DNA from: a bacterium
GTDB taxonomy: Bacteria; Patescibacteriota; Minisyncoccia; Phycocordibacterales; Zambryskibacteraceae
DNA length: 64,000 nt
Direction of reading: 5' to 3'
Assembly (NCBI GenBank): GCA_023266935.1
Contig: JAHFOF010000001.1
Coordinates: 27-64,026 of the forward strand
The notes beneath the pieces are model-generated. The model searched no databases, was not told where the DNA came from, and saw nothing but the letters and a program-made list of their open reading frames with translations. Made by a program: the position numbers and the translations under genes. Of this stretch, positions 47,293 through 58,197 are shown one piece after another; position 1 is the first letter of the stretch, and each line of letters starts with the position of its first letter.

Positions 47293-47853
47293 ATGACAAT
47301 CATTAAACATAAAGCCCAACGTGTCGGCGTATTCATAGACACTCAAAACATTTATCATAGTGCGAAGAATCTTTATCATGCGAAGGCGAACTTCGGCGCG
47401 ATTTTAAAAGATGTCCTCGATGGACGAACTCTCGTTCGAGCCATCGCTTATGTAGCCACTACCGAAACAGGTGAAGAGAAAAACTTTTTCGACGCTCTTT
47501 CAAAGGTTGGGATAGAAACTCGCACTAAACCTCTCCAAATTTTCATCGGTGGAGCCAAGAAAGCTAACTGGGACATCGATCTGGCCATGGATGCAGTCAA
47601 ACTCGCGGGACATTTAGATACTGTGGTTATCGCTTCTGGTGATGGTGACTTCGTTTCGCTGGTAGAATATTTACAAAACACTCACGGCACTCAAGTAGAA
47701 GTTGTAGCTTTCGGCAAATCTTCATCAGCCAAATTGATTGAATCCGCTGACGATTTCTTCGATCTCGATGCCAATCCAAAAAAATATTTAATGGGTTTAG
47801 AAGATAGGCGTCCTCGTGAAAGATCTGTTAAATCAGGTAATATAGGGTTATGA
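47293..47853 (+). CDS. NYN-domain (LabA-like) protein
   Basis: VGVFIDTQNIYHSAK and SGDGDF motifs. Confidence 0.8.
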   Translation: MTIIKHKAQRVGVFIDTQNIYHSAKNLYHAKANFGAILKDVLDGRTLVRAIAYVATTETGEEKNFFDALSKVGIETRTKPLQIFIGGAKKANWDIDLAMDAVKLAGHLDTVVIASGDGDFVSLVEYLQNTHGTQVEVVAFGKSSSAKLIESADDFFDLDANPKKYLMGLEDRRPRERSVKSGNIGL

Positions 47854-48755
47854 ACCCTGAGGAAAATTCCCCTTTAAAACAAATCCGCACCTTCCAAGGA
47901 GATGTGGCTGAAGCCTTGAAAAATCAAGGTGAATCGGTCATGTCTATTCGCCGAGCTGAATTAACCAAGCAAGGCGGTGGAAACGAATTCGCACCACAAC
48001 CAACTCCTCAAGAAGAGTTGGAGAAAAAATCTAGAGAAAAAATAATTCTTCTTATTGTTGGAACATTTATTCTCATTGCCCTTGGTGGAGTAGGGATGTG
48101 GTATGCCTATAGTGGTTATAAAGAAAAAACTGCCCTTCCTACAGTCATAGTTATTCCAAATAAATTTATTTCAACCGAAACTTCTTCAGAAATAAATGTC
48201 TCTGGACTCGCTCGAGAAACTTTTTTCTCTGCTTTTAATTTAGAGAAAAATACTGAGGTAAAAAATGCAACTTTGAAACAGGTACAACTCATAAAAGATT
48301 ACGCGACGACTACCAGACTAATTAAAACCACAGAATTTTTTGATATTTTGAATACCAAAGCACCTTCGAGTCTTATTCGTGCCCTTAATCCGATGTTTAT
48401 GTTTGGAGTGATAGGAGACACATCGGATGCAAGCTCGACGCCTCATACTTTTATTATTTTTAAATCCGATTCATTTGAAAATACTTATGCAGGCATGCTT
48501 GGTTGGGAGAAAAACATGTCAGAAGATTTGCTTCCACTGTTTGTTTCTGAAGATATCTCTTTGAACTTCCCATCAGATACACCTTTCATAGATTCAACCA
48601 TCCAAAACAAAGATGCTCGAACCTTAAAAGACACAAGCGGGAAGACAGTAATGCTGTATTCTTTCTTCGACAACAACATCCTCATTATCACAGACAACGA
48701 ATCCAGCCTTAGAACTCTGGTAATCAAACTAAATGCAGATAAACTCTCTCGCTAG
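47850..48755 (+). CDS. membrane-anchored hypothetical protein
   Basis: Single TM after a ~60-aa cytoplasmic N-terminus. Confidence 0.45.
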   Translation: MNPEENSPLKQIRTFQGDVAEALKNQGESVMSIRRAELTKQGGGNEFAPQPTPQEELEKKSREKIILLIVGTFILIALGGVGMWYAYSGYKEKTALPTVIVIPNKFISTETSSEINVSGLARETFFSAFNLEKNTEVKNATLKQVQLIKDYATTTRLIKTTEFFDILNTKAPSSLIRALNPMFMFGVIGDTSDASSTPHTFIIFKSDSFENTYAGMLGWEKNMSEDLLPLFVSEDISLNFPSDTPFIDSTIQNKDARTLKDTSGKTVMLYSFFDNNILIITDNESSLRTLVIKLNADKLSR

Positions 48756-48787
48756 GCGACACCCGAACGTTTTGATACAATACTCGT

Positions 48788-49147
48788 ATGATAAAAGATG
48801 CAAAATATTTCAAAGAAAAACTTCTAGCAGAAAAAGCTACTCTTGAAGAAGATCTGATAGATGTGGCCAGAGAAAATCCTGATCAACCCGGAGATTGGGA
48901 AGCTATTCCAAACGAACATGACACAGCTGCTTTTGAAGAAAATACTGCTGGTGATGCTGTGGACGGATACGAAACCAACAATGCAGTAGTGAACACCCTC
49001 GAACCAAGACTTCGAGATATAAACGCTGCTCTAGAAAGAATCGAGAAGGGAACTTATGGTGCTTGCGAGATTTGCGGAGAAGAAATAGATAAGGACCGAC
49101 TCGAAGCCAACCCAGCTGCCACGACCTGCAAAGATCACATGAAATAA
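48788..49147 (+). CDS. DksA/TraR-family C4 zinc-finger protein
   Basis: CEICGEEI...CKDH zinc finger at the C-terminus. Confidence 0.75.
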   Translation: MIKDAKYFKEKLLAEKATLEEDLIDVARENPDQPGDWEAIPNEHDTAAFEENTAGDAVDGYETNNAVVNTLEPRLRDINAALERIEKGTYGACEICGEEIDKDRLEANPAATTCKDHMK

Positions 49148-49157
49148 TTTTAACGGG

Positions 49158-50681
49158 ATGAGCTTTTCAAAAGTTTATAGCGCTCAAACCCAACTCCTCT
49201 CAGTCACCCCTATTTCTGTTGAGACAGACATCTCTCGAGGATTATACGCCTTTGCCGTTGTTGGTTTACCTGATAAGGCAGTCGAGGAAGCACGAGACAG
49301 AGTAAGTGCAGCGATTAAAAATTCTGGATTCACTTCTCCTAAGTCTAAAAATCAAAAAATAGTTATTTCCCTTGCCCCAGCGAGCGAGAAAAAAGAGGGT
49401 CCAGCATTCGATGTAGCTATCGCCCTTTCGTATTTACTCGCGTCAGAAGAAATAAATTTTGATCCTGAGAAAAAATTGTTTCTTGGAGAACTTTCACTCG
49501 ATGGCAAACTTCGTTCAGTACGAGGAATTCTCCCCGTAGCCAGATTTGCAAAAAAAACTGGGGTAAAAGAATTGTATGTACCGATTGAAAATGTCGAGGA
49601 AGCATCTTTAATAGAAGGGATAGAAGTATTCGGAGCGGATTCTCTTGTAACTCTCATTAAACATTTAACCAAAGAGAAATTAATTAAAAAATCAGAAACC
49701 ACCAAAATAAATAGAAGGGGAAATAATACACAAGTTGATTTCTCTGATGTCCGTGGACAAGAAAGAGCAAAAAGGGGATTACTCATCGCTGCAGCCGGTG
49801 GTCATAATGTGGCCATGTATGGCCCTCCAGGAACAGGAAAAACGATGTTGGCCAAAGCTTTCGCGGGGATACTGCCCGAATTAACTTTCGATGAAATGCT
49901 CGAGGCTACGTCGATTCACTCTGTAGCCGGCATACTTTCTGAATTCATTACCGAACCTCCGTTTCGTTCTCCGCACCATACTGCATCATATGTCTCGCTC
50001 GTCGGTGGAGGAGCAACTCCGAAGCCTGGAGAAATCACCCTCGCACATAGAGGAGTACTTTTTATGGATGAATTTCCAGAATTCGAACGACGAGTCATAG
50101 AAAGTTTACGCCAACCGCTTGAGGAAAAAACTATTTCGGTCGCCCGAGCAAAGGGTACGGCTCATTTTCCTGCAGATGTTCTCCTGATCGCAGCGATGAA
50201 TCCGTGTCCATGTGGAAATTATGGGTTCAGAGGAAAGCAGTGCATCTGCACCCCAACTTCTCTACAGAGATACAGAAGGAAAATGTCTGGGCCAATCATT
50301 GATCGTATAGATATTTGGCTTGAGGTAGACAGGGTGAACACAAATGATTTGAGTGGAGAAAGTTTAGGAGAAAAAAGTGACTATTTTAAAAGAAAAGTAG
50401 AAAACGCTCGCACCCTACAAAGAATTAGATTTGATAAAAACAAAAAACTTTCAAAAAATTCTGACATGGGTGCACGAGATTTGGTTACGATGGTAAATTT
50501 AGATAATGATGCTCGTTCTGCCTTGAACCTTGCTTCTGAACGACTTGGATTTTCTCCCCGTGTGTATCACCGTATGATTAAGGTCGCTCGCACCATAGCC
50601 GATTTAGATAATTCCAAAGAAGTCACTCGTGACCATATCTTAGAAGCGGTAGAATATAGACCAAAGAAATTCGACGTTTAA
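49158..50681 (+). CDS. YifB/ComM-family Mg-chelatase-like AAA+ ATPase
   Basis: Lon-like N-terminal domain; Walker A GPPGTGKT; 507 aa. Confidence 0.85.
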   Translation: MSFSKVYSAQTQLLSVTPISVETDISRGLYAFAVVGLPDKAVEEARDRVSAAIKNSGFTSPKSKNQKIVISLAPASEKKEGPAFDVAIALSYLLASEEINFDPEKKLFLGELSLDGKLRSVRGILPVARFAKKTGVKELYVPIENVEEASLIEGIEVFGADSLVTLIKHLTKEKLIKKSETTKINRRGNNTQVDFSDVRGQERAKRGLLIAAAGGHNVAMYGPPGTGKTMLAKAFAGILPELTFDEMLEATSIHSVAGILSEFITEPPFRSPHHTASYVSLVGGGATPKPGEITLAHRGVLFMDEFPEFERRVIESLRQPLEEKTISVARAKGTAHFPADVLLIAAMNPCPCGNYGFRGKQCICTPTSLQRYRRKMSGPIIDRIDIWLEVDRVNTNDLSGESLGEKSDYFKRKVENARTLQRIRFDKNKKLSKNSDMGARDLVTMVNLDNDARSALNLASERLGFSPRVYHRMIKVARTIADLDNSKEVTRDHILEAVEYRPKKFDV

Positions 50682-51545
50682 CTAGAAAGGATTCTTTGCT
50701 CCACGGATTTCGAAGTGGACATGAGGACCGGTAGATTTACCAGTGTTACCAACAGCACCGATGATTTGGCCTTGTTCAACATGCTGACCAACCCTAACTA
50801 TATCCTTAGACATATGCCCATATACGGTTTGTGTTCCGTTAGTGTGACTGATAACCACATATGTTCCATATCCACCGTTGTATCCACCCACTTTCGAAAC
50901 GATAACTACACCATCCGCCGATGCATAAATAGGTGTGCCCACAGGAGCCGCGAGGTCAACAGCGTTGTATCCATGCAAACCTTGAGATTTATGACCCCCA
51001 TTGATTGGTCTCTGATAATACCCAGCGAATGAAGGAAAATTGTTCACGTTTAACAATAAAGGTTCTTTAGACGACCCAGAGGATGACGGAGAAACGGTAG
51101 CCAATTCTCCATCTGGAACGATAACCACATCCCCGATGTTTAATTTCGTATCAATCGTGATGTCGTTATAAGAAAGAATGTCGTTCGTGTCTGCTTTATA
51201 AAGCTTGGCTATAGATTGGATAGTATCTCCCTTCTTTACTGTATGTTTGATACCAGAAACAGGGAGAATAACGAGCTGATCACCTTCACTTATCACTCCA
51301 CCCCTTAAACTATTCGCCCAAACAATGGTATTCGAAGAAACACTAAACATTTTAGCTATGCTTGCAAGTGTGTCTCCCTTTCTTACAACATAAATACTGA
51401 TTTGACCTGTGCCAGCCTTGCCTGCATCGATAAATGATGTCCCCACGTCTCCCTCAGAAGATATCGCGCTGTCATCCACAATAGCCAACGGAGCACTTGG
51501 GGTAATACTTGGATCAATATTTAAATGAGCCTCAAGGAGAGCCAT
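50682..51545 (-). CDS. LysM-domain M23 peptidase
   Basis: Two LysM repeats; M23 HxxxD and HxH motifs (GPHVHFE). Confidence 0.85.
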   Translation of the reverse strand: MALLEAHLNIDPSITPSAPLAIVDDSAISSEGDVGTSFIDAGKAGTGQISIYVVRKGDTLASIAKMFSVSSNTIVWANSLRGGVISEGDQLVILPVSGIKHTVKKGDTIQSIAKLYKADTNDILSYNDITIDTKLNIGDVVIVPDGELATVSPSSSGSSKEPLLLNVNNFPSFAGYYQRPINGGHKSQGLHGYNAVDLAAPVGTPIYASADGVVIVSKVGGYNGGYGTYVVISHTNGTQTVYGHMSKDIVRVGQHVEQGQIIGAVGNTGKSTGPHVHFEIRGAKNPF

Positions 51546-51824
51546 GGTTTGAGAATTTTTGGCCTCAACAACGTCTGGGATTCTCGAAAAAATAGTGTTT
51601 TTGGCTGTAGCAAAAACAGGAACAGCAATTAAAATAGCCCCCAGGAGAGCAATAAAAACACCTTTTGGTCTTATTTTCTTATTAATAAACGAGAGTTAAA
51701 TTTGTATGGTTTCAAACAGTGGCTCTGTATAGCCCTTTTTGGGCTGACCGGATTAATCTGAATTACCCATTCATTATACGCCTACCCCCAAACCCCGCAA
51801 TCGACATATCCCCCATGCTATAGT

Positions 51825-53777
51825 GTGAGAATAATGTTAAATGATAAGCAAAAAGAAGCCATTTCTACAACCGAAGGTCCTCTTTTAATCCTCGCGGGAG
51901 CCGGTGCGGGTAAAACTAAGACTATTGCTGAAAGAATAAAGCATCTTGTTCAAAACGGAGTAGCTCCATCAAAAATTTTGGCTATCACTTTTACCAACAA
52001 AGCTGCTCGAGAAATGAAAGAAAGGGTGGAAAAAATGCTCGATGAGGACAAGGTATTAAACAGACCGGTTTCGATGAATGAAAGACCTTTCGTTTCTACC
52101 TTTCATTCTTTGGGAGTTCACATCATCAAAGAACAATCTTCAAAATTGGGTTTAAGACGACATTTCACTATCTTTGATAGAGACGATAGTAAAAAAGCCA
52201 TAAAGGAAGCTCTTGAAAAGTGCGGACTTGATGTCAAAACTCATGATCCTAATCGTGTCTTATCTATTATCTCTAAAGAAAAAGGACGAGGATTAACTGC
52301 GGAAGATTACGAGAACCGAAGTGAGAGGGGATATTTTTCTGATGTGGTTGAAATGGTTTGGAAAGAATACGAAAAAATTTTAAAACGTGATGGAGCATTG
52401 GACTTTGATGATTTGCTTCTAAAAACCGCCCGATTACTTCGTGCTGATTTAGATGTTCGACATTATTATCAAAAAACTTGGGACTACATTCATGTAGATG
52501 AATATCAAGATACTAGCGGAGTACAGTATGAGATCTGTAAACTTCTCGTTGGGCCAAAAAGAAATTTCTGTGTGGTGGGGGATATAGATCAAAATATTTA
52601 CTCTTGGCGAGGAGCAGACATAAAAAATATTCTTGATTTTGAAAAAGATTATCCTGAAGCCAAAATTATTTTACTCGAAGAAAATTATCGCTCGACCAAA
52701 ACAATTCTTGATGCAGCAAATGTAATAATAGAGAAAAACAAAATTCGCAGAAAGAAAACTTTGTTTACTTCTCAGGGCACTGGAGAAAAGATTGGCATCT
52801 TTCAAGGATTCGACGAATCGGCCGAAGCAGAATTTATCGCCTCTAAGGTTGAACAGATGATAGACGAGGGTGCCGAGCCTAGGGACATCGCCGTTTTATA
52901 CAGAGCCAACTTTCAGTCTCGAGTATTGGAAGAAGCATTTATGGGGCATCGTATTTCATACCAGCTTCTTGGTACGAGATTTTTTGAAAGAAAAGAAATA
53001 AAAGATATTTTATCTTATCTTCGAGCAGGATTAAATCCCGAAAGTCTCTCTGATATAAAAAGAATAATCAATGTTCCCACACGAGGGATCGGTAAAAGTT
53101 CTGTAGCCAAATTATTCTCTGGTGCTGAGGTAGATGTTTCAAACTCCACTCAAGAAAAAATAAAAGATTTTTATAAGTTGCTCAAAAAAATAAAATCCTG
53201 CGCAGAAGAAAAAAATCCGAGTGAAACGATCCAGTTTATTCTTAAAGAATCTGGTCTAGAGGATGAATGGAAAGAAAAGAAGGGAGAAGAATTAGATAGA
53301 CTCGAAAACGCTTATGAATTGATAGCCTTTGCGAAGAGATATGACAGCTTATCTCTTGGCCAGGGGATAGAAGAGCTTCTGTCAGATTCGGCCTTAAATA
53401 GTGACCAGGATGAGTTAAGAGAAGAGAAAAATGCTGTAAGGTTAATGACAGTTCACGCTTCAAAGGGTCTAGAATTTGGTACGATTTTCATCGCCGGCCT
53501 TGAAGATGGTTTGTTCCCTCATCAAAAAATCACAAAAGAAAATATCACCCCGGAAGAAGCCGAGGAAGAAAGAAGGTTGTTCTATGTAGCTCTCACCAGA
53601 GCCAAGAAAAAAATATTTCTCTCGTATGCTCAACTTCGAACTGTTTTCGGCTCGAGACAGGTGAACATTCCTTCAGAATTTATCTTCGATATCCCCGAAG
53701 AATTGACTGAAGAGGAAACATTTGAAGGCGAAGATAGCTGGAAAGAAAAACCATTACTTGATATATCATTTGATTAG
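51825..53777 (+). CDS. pcrA: ATP-dependent DNA helicase UvrD/PcrA family
   Basis: Walker A AGAGAGKT; helicase motifs through VI; 650 aa. Confidence 0.9.
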   Translation: MRIMLNDKQKEAISTTEGPLLILAGAGAGKTKTIAERIKHLVQNGVAPSKILAITFTNKAAREMKERVEKMLDEDKVLNRPVSMNERPFVSTFHSLGVHIIKEQSSKLGLRRHFTIFDRDDSKKAIKEALEKCGLDVKTHDPNRVLSIISKEKGRGLTAEDYENRSERGYFSDVVEMVWKEYEKILKRDGALDFDDLLLKTARLLRADLDVRHYYQKTWDYIHVDEYQDTSGVQYEICKLLVGPKRNFCVVGDIDQNIYSWRGADIKNILDFEKDYPEAKIILLEENYRSTKTILDAANVIIEKNKIRRKKTLFTSQGTGEKIGIFQGFDESAEAEFIASKVEQMIDEGAEPRDIAVLYRANFQSRVLEEAFMGHRISYQLLGTRFFERKEIKDILSYLRAGLNPESLSDIKRIINVPTRGIGKSSVAKLFSGAEVDVSNSTQEKIKDFYKLLKKIKSCAEEKNPSETIQFILKESGLEDEWKEKKGEELDRLENAYELIAFAKRYDSLSLGQGIEELLSDSALNSDQDELREEKNAVRLMTVHASKGLEFGTIFIAGLEDGLFPHQKITKENITPEEAEEERRLFYVALTRAKKKIFLSYAQLRTVFGSRQVNIPSEFIFDIPEELTEEETFEGEDSWKEKPLLDISFD

Positions 53778-53801
53778 TTCAACATATTCATTATAAATAA
53801 C

Positions 53802-54602
53802 ATGATGTACGCAAAAAAATCCTTGGGCCAACATTTTCTCACCTCAGAATCTGCGGTGGATGTAATCATTGACGCAGGAGATGTCACAGCAGATGACATT
53901 ATTCTCGAAGTCGGTCCGGGAAAGGGAATGCTAACCAAAAAGCTTTTGTTTTTTGCTAGAAAGATAATCGCTGTAGAAAAAGATGCCCAGCTTGTAGAAA
54001 CATTGAAAGAAAAGTTCAAAAAAGAAATAAAAAACAAGAAATTAATTCTAGTCCATGATGATATTCTTGATTACAAGTTACAAATTAAAAACTATAAACT
54101 AATCGCCAATATTCCTTATAACATCACTGGTGTTTTGATTCGAAAATTTCTTGAAACTAAACATCAACCAGAAATAATGGTTTTGATGCTCCAAAAAGAA
54201 GTAGTAGAAAGGATTGTGGCCAAAAATAAAAAACCATTCGACTCAGCTCATGGCAAGGAAAGTATTTTGTCTATTTCAGTCAAAGCTTACGGTGAGCCCA
54301 AATATGTTCAGATGGTCAAAGCGGGTTCATTTAGCCCGGCACCCAAAGTCGATTCGGCCATTCTTCTAATACAAAATATTTCTAAAAAATTTTTTAAAGA
54401 TTTCCCTGAAAAAGAATTCTTTGGAATATTACACGCAGGATTTAAATCAAAGCGCAAAAAACTTTCTTCAAACTTATCTGTAGTAATAAAAAAAGAAAAA
54501 GTACTCGAGGTTTTTAAAAAATTAAACTTTGACCCAAACCTTCGAGCAGAGGATTTGAGTTTGGAAGGCTGGAGAAAATTATCGGAAGGATTATTCTACT
54601 AA
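53802..54602 (+). CDS. rsmA: 16S rRNA (A1518/A1519) dimethyltransferase RsmA/KsgA
   Basis: LGQHFL start; SAM motif EVGPGKG; NIPYNI. Confidence 0.9.
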   Translation: MMYAKKSLGQHFLTSESAVDVIIDAGDVTADDIILEVGPGKGMLTKKLLFFARKIIAVEKDAQLVETLKEKFKKEIKNKKLILVHDDILDYKLQIKNYKLIANIPYNITGVLIRKFLETKHQPEIMVLMLQKEVVERIVAKNKKPFDSAHGKESILSISVKAYGEPKYVQMVKAGSFSPAPKVDSAILLIQNISKKFFKDFPEKEFFGILHAGFKSKRKKLSSNLSVVIKKEKVLEVFKKLNFDPNLRAEDLSLEGWRKLSEGLFY

Positions 54603-54961
54603 AGCCCTGTTCCTACTTTTGTCATCAAACCCAAGGATGGAAGCGGGCAACAAGCAGGCCCACAAACAATCCAACACGCCTGAACTCCTGGTATGTAACC
54701 TCCGAGTTCCCAAGTAGAAGGAACCCCTATAGCATATTGGGCGAAAAGAATTGTCGAAAATGGTGAATAAACCAAAGGCCCAGTTATAGGCACATTACTC
54801 AAATAAAGTGGGGTAAAGTAAACCCATAGGGTTCCAGAACAGGTACAAGGTATTGAAAAATTTACAAAACCTCCAAAGGGTGAGCCAGGAACTTGAGCAA
54901 ATGTTGCAATAGGAAAGCCGAGAGTAACTACTGCAAATAATACCAAGATAAATCTTTTCAT
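54599..54961 (-). CDS. small Cys-rich secreted/membrane protein
   Basis: Signal peptide; several Cys. Confidence 0.35.
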   Translation of the reverse strand: MKRFILVLFAVVTLGFPIATFAQVPGSPFGGFVNFSIPCTCSGTLWVYFTPLYLSNVPITGPLVYSPFSTILFAQYAIGVPSTWELGGYIPGVQACWIVCGPACCPLPSLGLMTKVGTGL

Positions 54962-55632
54962 TGTATTTTTATATTAACAGAATAGGCGGTTTTAGAAACA
55001 CCGTGTTCGTTTTGGATAAATATCCAAATAGGTAATGATAATGATGCGGTTTTTTTGGTATTTTTCACTTTTAAATAATCTGATAAATCAGAAACCTTAA
55101 ACGAAAGTTCTGTCCCTGTAGTAGAGATTGCTCCGTTTAGGTTACCCATAGTGGTAATCAGGCCGTTTGTTGAAGTAAATCCTTTGCCTTTTAAAGTAAT
55201 GGTGTCGATGTTGAAAATTGCACTGGTTATTATTGGCTCACTAATCGGATTGGAGGTTATCTTTACAGAAACGGGGATGTTTGGGTTTTCTGAAGATCCT
55301 AGGATATTTGAAACAGAAAGTTTGTATGTGCCTTCGGAAAGCGTATTCGGAACCATGACTTTAAGATTAAAACCGTTTGTGGAAGTGGCTTCCACTTTTA
55401 TACCACCTCCAAATGAAACTGTATTACTTTTTGTACTAAAGCCTGAACCAGAAAGGTTTAAACTGCCTCCGGGTTTAACCTCATAAGGAAAAGCTTGAAA
55501 AAGTACTACTTTATTTGAAAGCATCCCGGGAATAGAGATCGTGTTCTTAGAAGAAGGGAGAGCAAAAGAGGGGATGGAAAGAGGAACAAAGGCAAATATT
55601 AGAAAAGGGAGAATACGAAGTCTCATAAGCAC
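54958..55632 (-). CDS. secreted beta-rich protein
   Basis: Signal peptide; Ig-like repeats. Confidence 0.45.
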   Translation of the reverse strand: MLMRLRILPFLIFAFVPLSIPSFALPSSKNTISIPGMLSNKVVLFQAFPYEVKPGGSLNLSGSGFSTKSNTVSFGGGIKVEATSTNGFNLKVMVPNTLSEGTYKLSVSNILGSSENPNIPVSVKITSNPISEPIITSAIFNIDTITLKGKGFTSTNGLITTMGNLNGAISTTGTELSFKVSDLSDYLKVKNTKKTASLSLPIWIFIQNEHGVSKTAYSVNIKIQ

Positions 55633-55675
55633 GATTATACCCTAAATGTTCTTAAAAATCTGATATACTTTATCT

Positions 55676-56464
55676 ATGTCGCGTCTGCAACTCAAACTTG
55701 CGATTCTTATTTCTGTTGTTCTGATCGGTGGAGCAACTGCTAATAGATTAATAAACTCTACTAAGGAGGCATCGAACCTGATAGCTCTAAAAAACACGGG
55801 TTCTGTTCAAAACAACGATACTTCTTTGCAAGACATCTCGCCGGCATATTCCACTTCTACTCCTTCTAGTATAAAAACAGAAACCTTAACCCAAACCGAC
55901 CTCATCGGTCGTCAATTGTTTTCTGATTATTTAAGTTTGTCTTCGAGTGGCCAGGCTACAGACGATAATATCAACGCCTTGGCTGGCTCATACGCAGAAA
56001 ATCTTTCTAACCTTAGTACTATAGCTGACATCTCAACCGACAAAATCACTCCAGAAGAAGACACGGTTGATAATCTTAGCGCTTACGGAGACTCCGTCAT
56101 CGCCATACACACAAAATATCAAAATCTCGCTTCTGCTCTTTCTACCAAAGGTGTCTCCGACATTAAAAGCGTGGCTTTTGTCTCTTTCGCCAATTCGATG
56201 AGTAGTTTGTACAGTCGAGCAGCATCAGAACTTTTGTTATTAAAGGTGCCTGCCTCTTTAGTCGAAAATCATGTGGCTCTTGTAAATAATTATTTATCTA
56301 GTGCCGACGCAGCGAAAACTTTAAGCACAATTTCAAAAGATCCTGCTGGAGCATACTCTGCACTCGTCACTCAACAAAAAAATTCTCAAGAAGAAATAGC
56401 TTTGTTCGAAAATATTCATCGAACTCTTATGTCTAATGGTATAATTACTAACAGCGGAACATGA
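55676..56464 (+). CDS. membrane-anchored hypothetical protein
   Basis: N-terminal TM; first gene of the plus-strand block leading into the secretion-like cluster. Confidence 0.45.
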   Translation: MSRLQLKLAILISVVLIGGATANRLINSTKEASNLIALKNTGSVQNNDTSLQDISPAYSTSTPSSIKTETLTQTDLIGRQLFSDYLSLSSSGQATDDNINALAGSYAENLSNLSTIADISTDKITPEEDTVDNLSAYGDSVIAIHTKYQNLASALSTKGVSDIKSVAFVSFANSMSSLYSRAASELLLLKVPASLVENHVALVNNYLSSADAAKTLSTISKDPAGAYSALVTQQKNSQEEIALFENIHRTLMSNGIITNSGT

Positions 56465-58197
56465 TTACGCGATGCAATATTTTTTTAGTTATTCCTCTCC
56501 TTGCGGTGTTTTTAATGCCGATACGAACACATGCCTTTGTGACAGAAGCTGCATGGGCAGCCCTTACAGCAACCCAGGCTTCATCAAATCTTTTTGTCCC
56601 AACAGTTAGCCCAACCCAAGATGTGAAGAATGTTGGTATAAAGTTCTGGGGATTAACCTTCCCCCCACTTGACCAAATAGCCATAGATATAGCCAAATTT
56701 GCCATAGAAAAGATAGTTGATTCAACAATCAATTGGATAAATACAGGAGCAGATGGAGGGCCGATATATGTTACTGATTCTCAACAATATTTTAAACAAC
56801 TTGGGGATGGTTATGCTGGTGAATTTATTCAAAAAGTGGTTGGAGCAGGGAATCTTTGTGCTCCATTTCAAGCTCAAATAGTGCTTTCTCTTAAACATTA
56901 CTATGCTCCGACCTATACACCTCAATGTACCTTCACTGGTATACAAAACAATCTAGAAAATTTTTATAATCATTTTTCAGAAGGCGGATGGCAAGGTTGG
57001 CTTTCGATGACCCAAGACAATGCGAACAATCCATATGGTTCATACATGGATGCAAAGATTTTGTTGGATACCAATTTACAAAACAAACTCGACCTGGCAG
57101 GGAAAAAACTTGATTGGAGCAGTGGATTCAAAAGCAAAGGCGACTGTCTTAAGACAAATCATTGGCCTCCCAACGAATTGCTGATTCAATATGAAAACGG
57201 AGAAATTAGTAACTATCCCGCACCATATAACGACACCGACTATTACAGTGAAGCCTACCCAGATGGCGCTTGTTTAAAATATGGCCCAGACAAAACTCCT
57301 GGAGTGGTCATAAAAGATACCCTTAATAAAGTTCTACCTTCTGGTTTTGATCAGCTTGTAAATGCTAAACAATTTGATGACCTTGTTAGCTCTTTGATGA
57401 GTACTGTGCTTCAAAAATATGTTTTTGGTTCAAAAGGACTGTTCACCACCAGTCCTGGAAAAGTGAGCGGGGGAGGAACCACCGTTGGTGGAGGGACAGC
57501 ATCAACTCAGTCGCCAGTAACTTGCGGAGTTTCTGTTCAAAAAGCGACAGTTGGAATAGATAGTGTAAATTGGATTGCCAACAGCACATTTGGTGGTGCT
57601 ACTACTTATTCTTGGTCTGGAGATGAAATACCAAATGGATCAGAGGGGTTGAACGTCTCCGTTGTTTATAAAACACCTGGGACAAAAAAAGCCAGTGTCA
57701 CAGCAACTAACATTGGTGTTGATGCTGAAGGTAACCCTGATCCAAGCACCCAGAAAACCGTCACCGCCACTTGTAGCAGTAGTGTTTTAGTCGCTCAATA
57801 TCAACCTCTCAACGTTTCTTGTAGTGTGGGTGTGGCTCATGCTCAGAAAGGAGAAAACGTTACTTGGACGGCCACGATTAGTGGTGGCTCAGGAGAATTT
57901 CTTCTCCAAAACACCATTTCGGCTCTCGACGGCATTAATGTAAATGTGCCTGTTTTATGGGATGGGGATGAAGCTTCGTATCCAAAAACAGACATCGCGA
58001 TGTATCCACGAATAAATGCCAATCAAGTTATTTCAAAAAATGGAAATGTAATCACCTCAAAGATAATTCGTTCTTATACAGACGATAAAAAGATTCCTGG
58101 AGCAAAAAGTGCGAAGGTGACAATCATAGACAAAGACCCGATGGTTGATCCTGTGGTAGGAAAGGCTTGTGATAATTCTGTCTATATCACCAACTAG
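56461..58197 (+). CDS. large secreted protein with PKD-like repeats
   Basis: Signal peptide; repeated TxxxTATN..G PKD-like segments. Confidence 0.5.
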   Translation: MITRCNIFLVIPLLAVFLMPIRTHAFVTEAAWAALTATQASSNLFVPTVSPTQDVKNVGIKFWGLTFPPLDQIAIDIAKFAIEKIVDSTINWINTGADGGPIYVTDSQQYFKQLGDGYAGEFIQKVVGAGNLCAPFQAQIVLSLKHYYAPTYTPQCTFTGIQNNLENFYNHFSEGGWQGWLSMTQDNANNPYGSYMDAKILLDTNLQNKLDLAGKKLDWSSGFKSKGDCLKTNHWPPNELLIQYENGEISNYPAPYNDTDYYSEAYPDGACLKYGPDKTPGVVIKDTLNKVLPSGFDQLVNAKQFDDLVSSLMSTVLQKYVFGSKGLFTTSPGKVSGGGTTVGGGTASTQSPVTCGVSVQKATVGIDSVNWIANSTFGGATTYSWSGDEIPNGSEGLNVSVVYKTPGTKKASVTATNIGVDAEGNPDPSTQKTVTATCSSSVLVAQYQPLNVSCSVGVAHAQKGENVTWTATISGGSGEFLLQNTISALDGINVNVPVLWDGDEASYPKTDIAMYPRINANQVISKNGNVITSKIIRSYTDDKKIPGAKSAKVTIIDKDPMVDPVVGKACDNSVYITN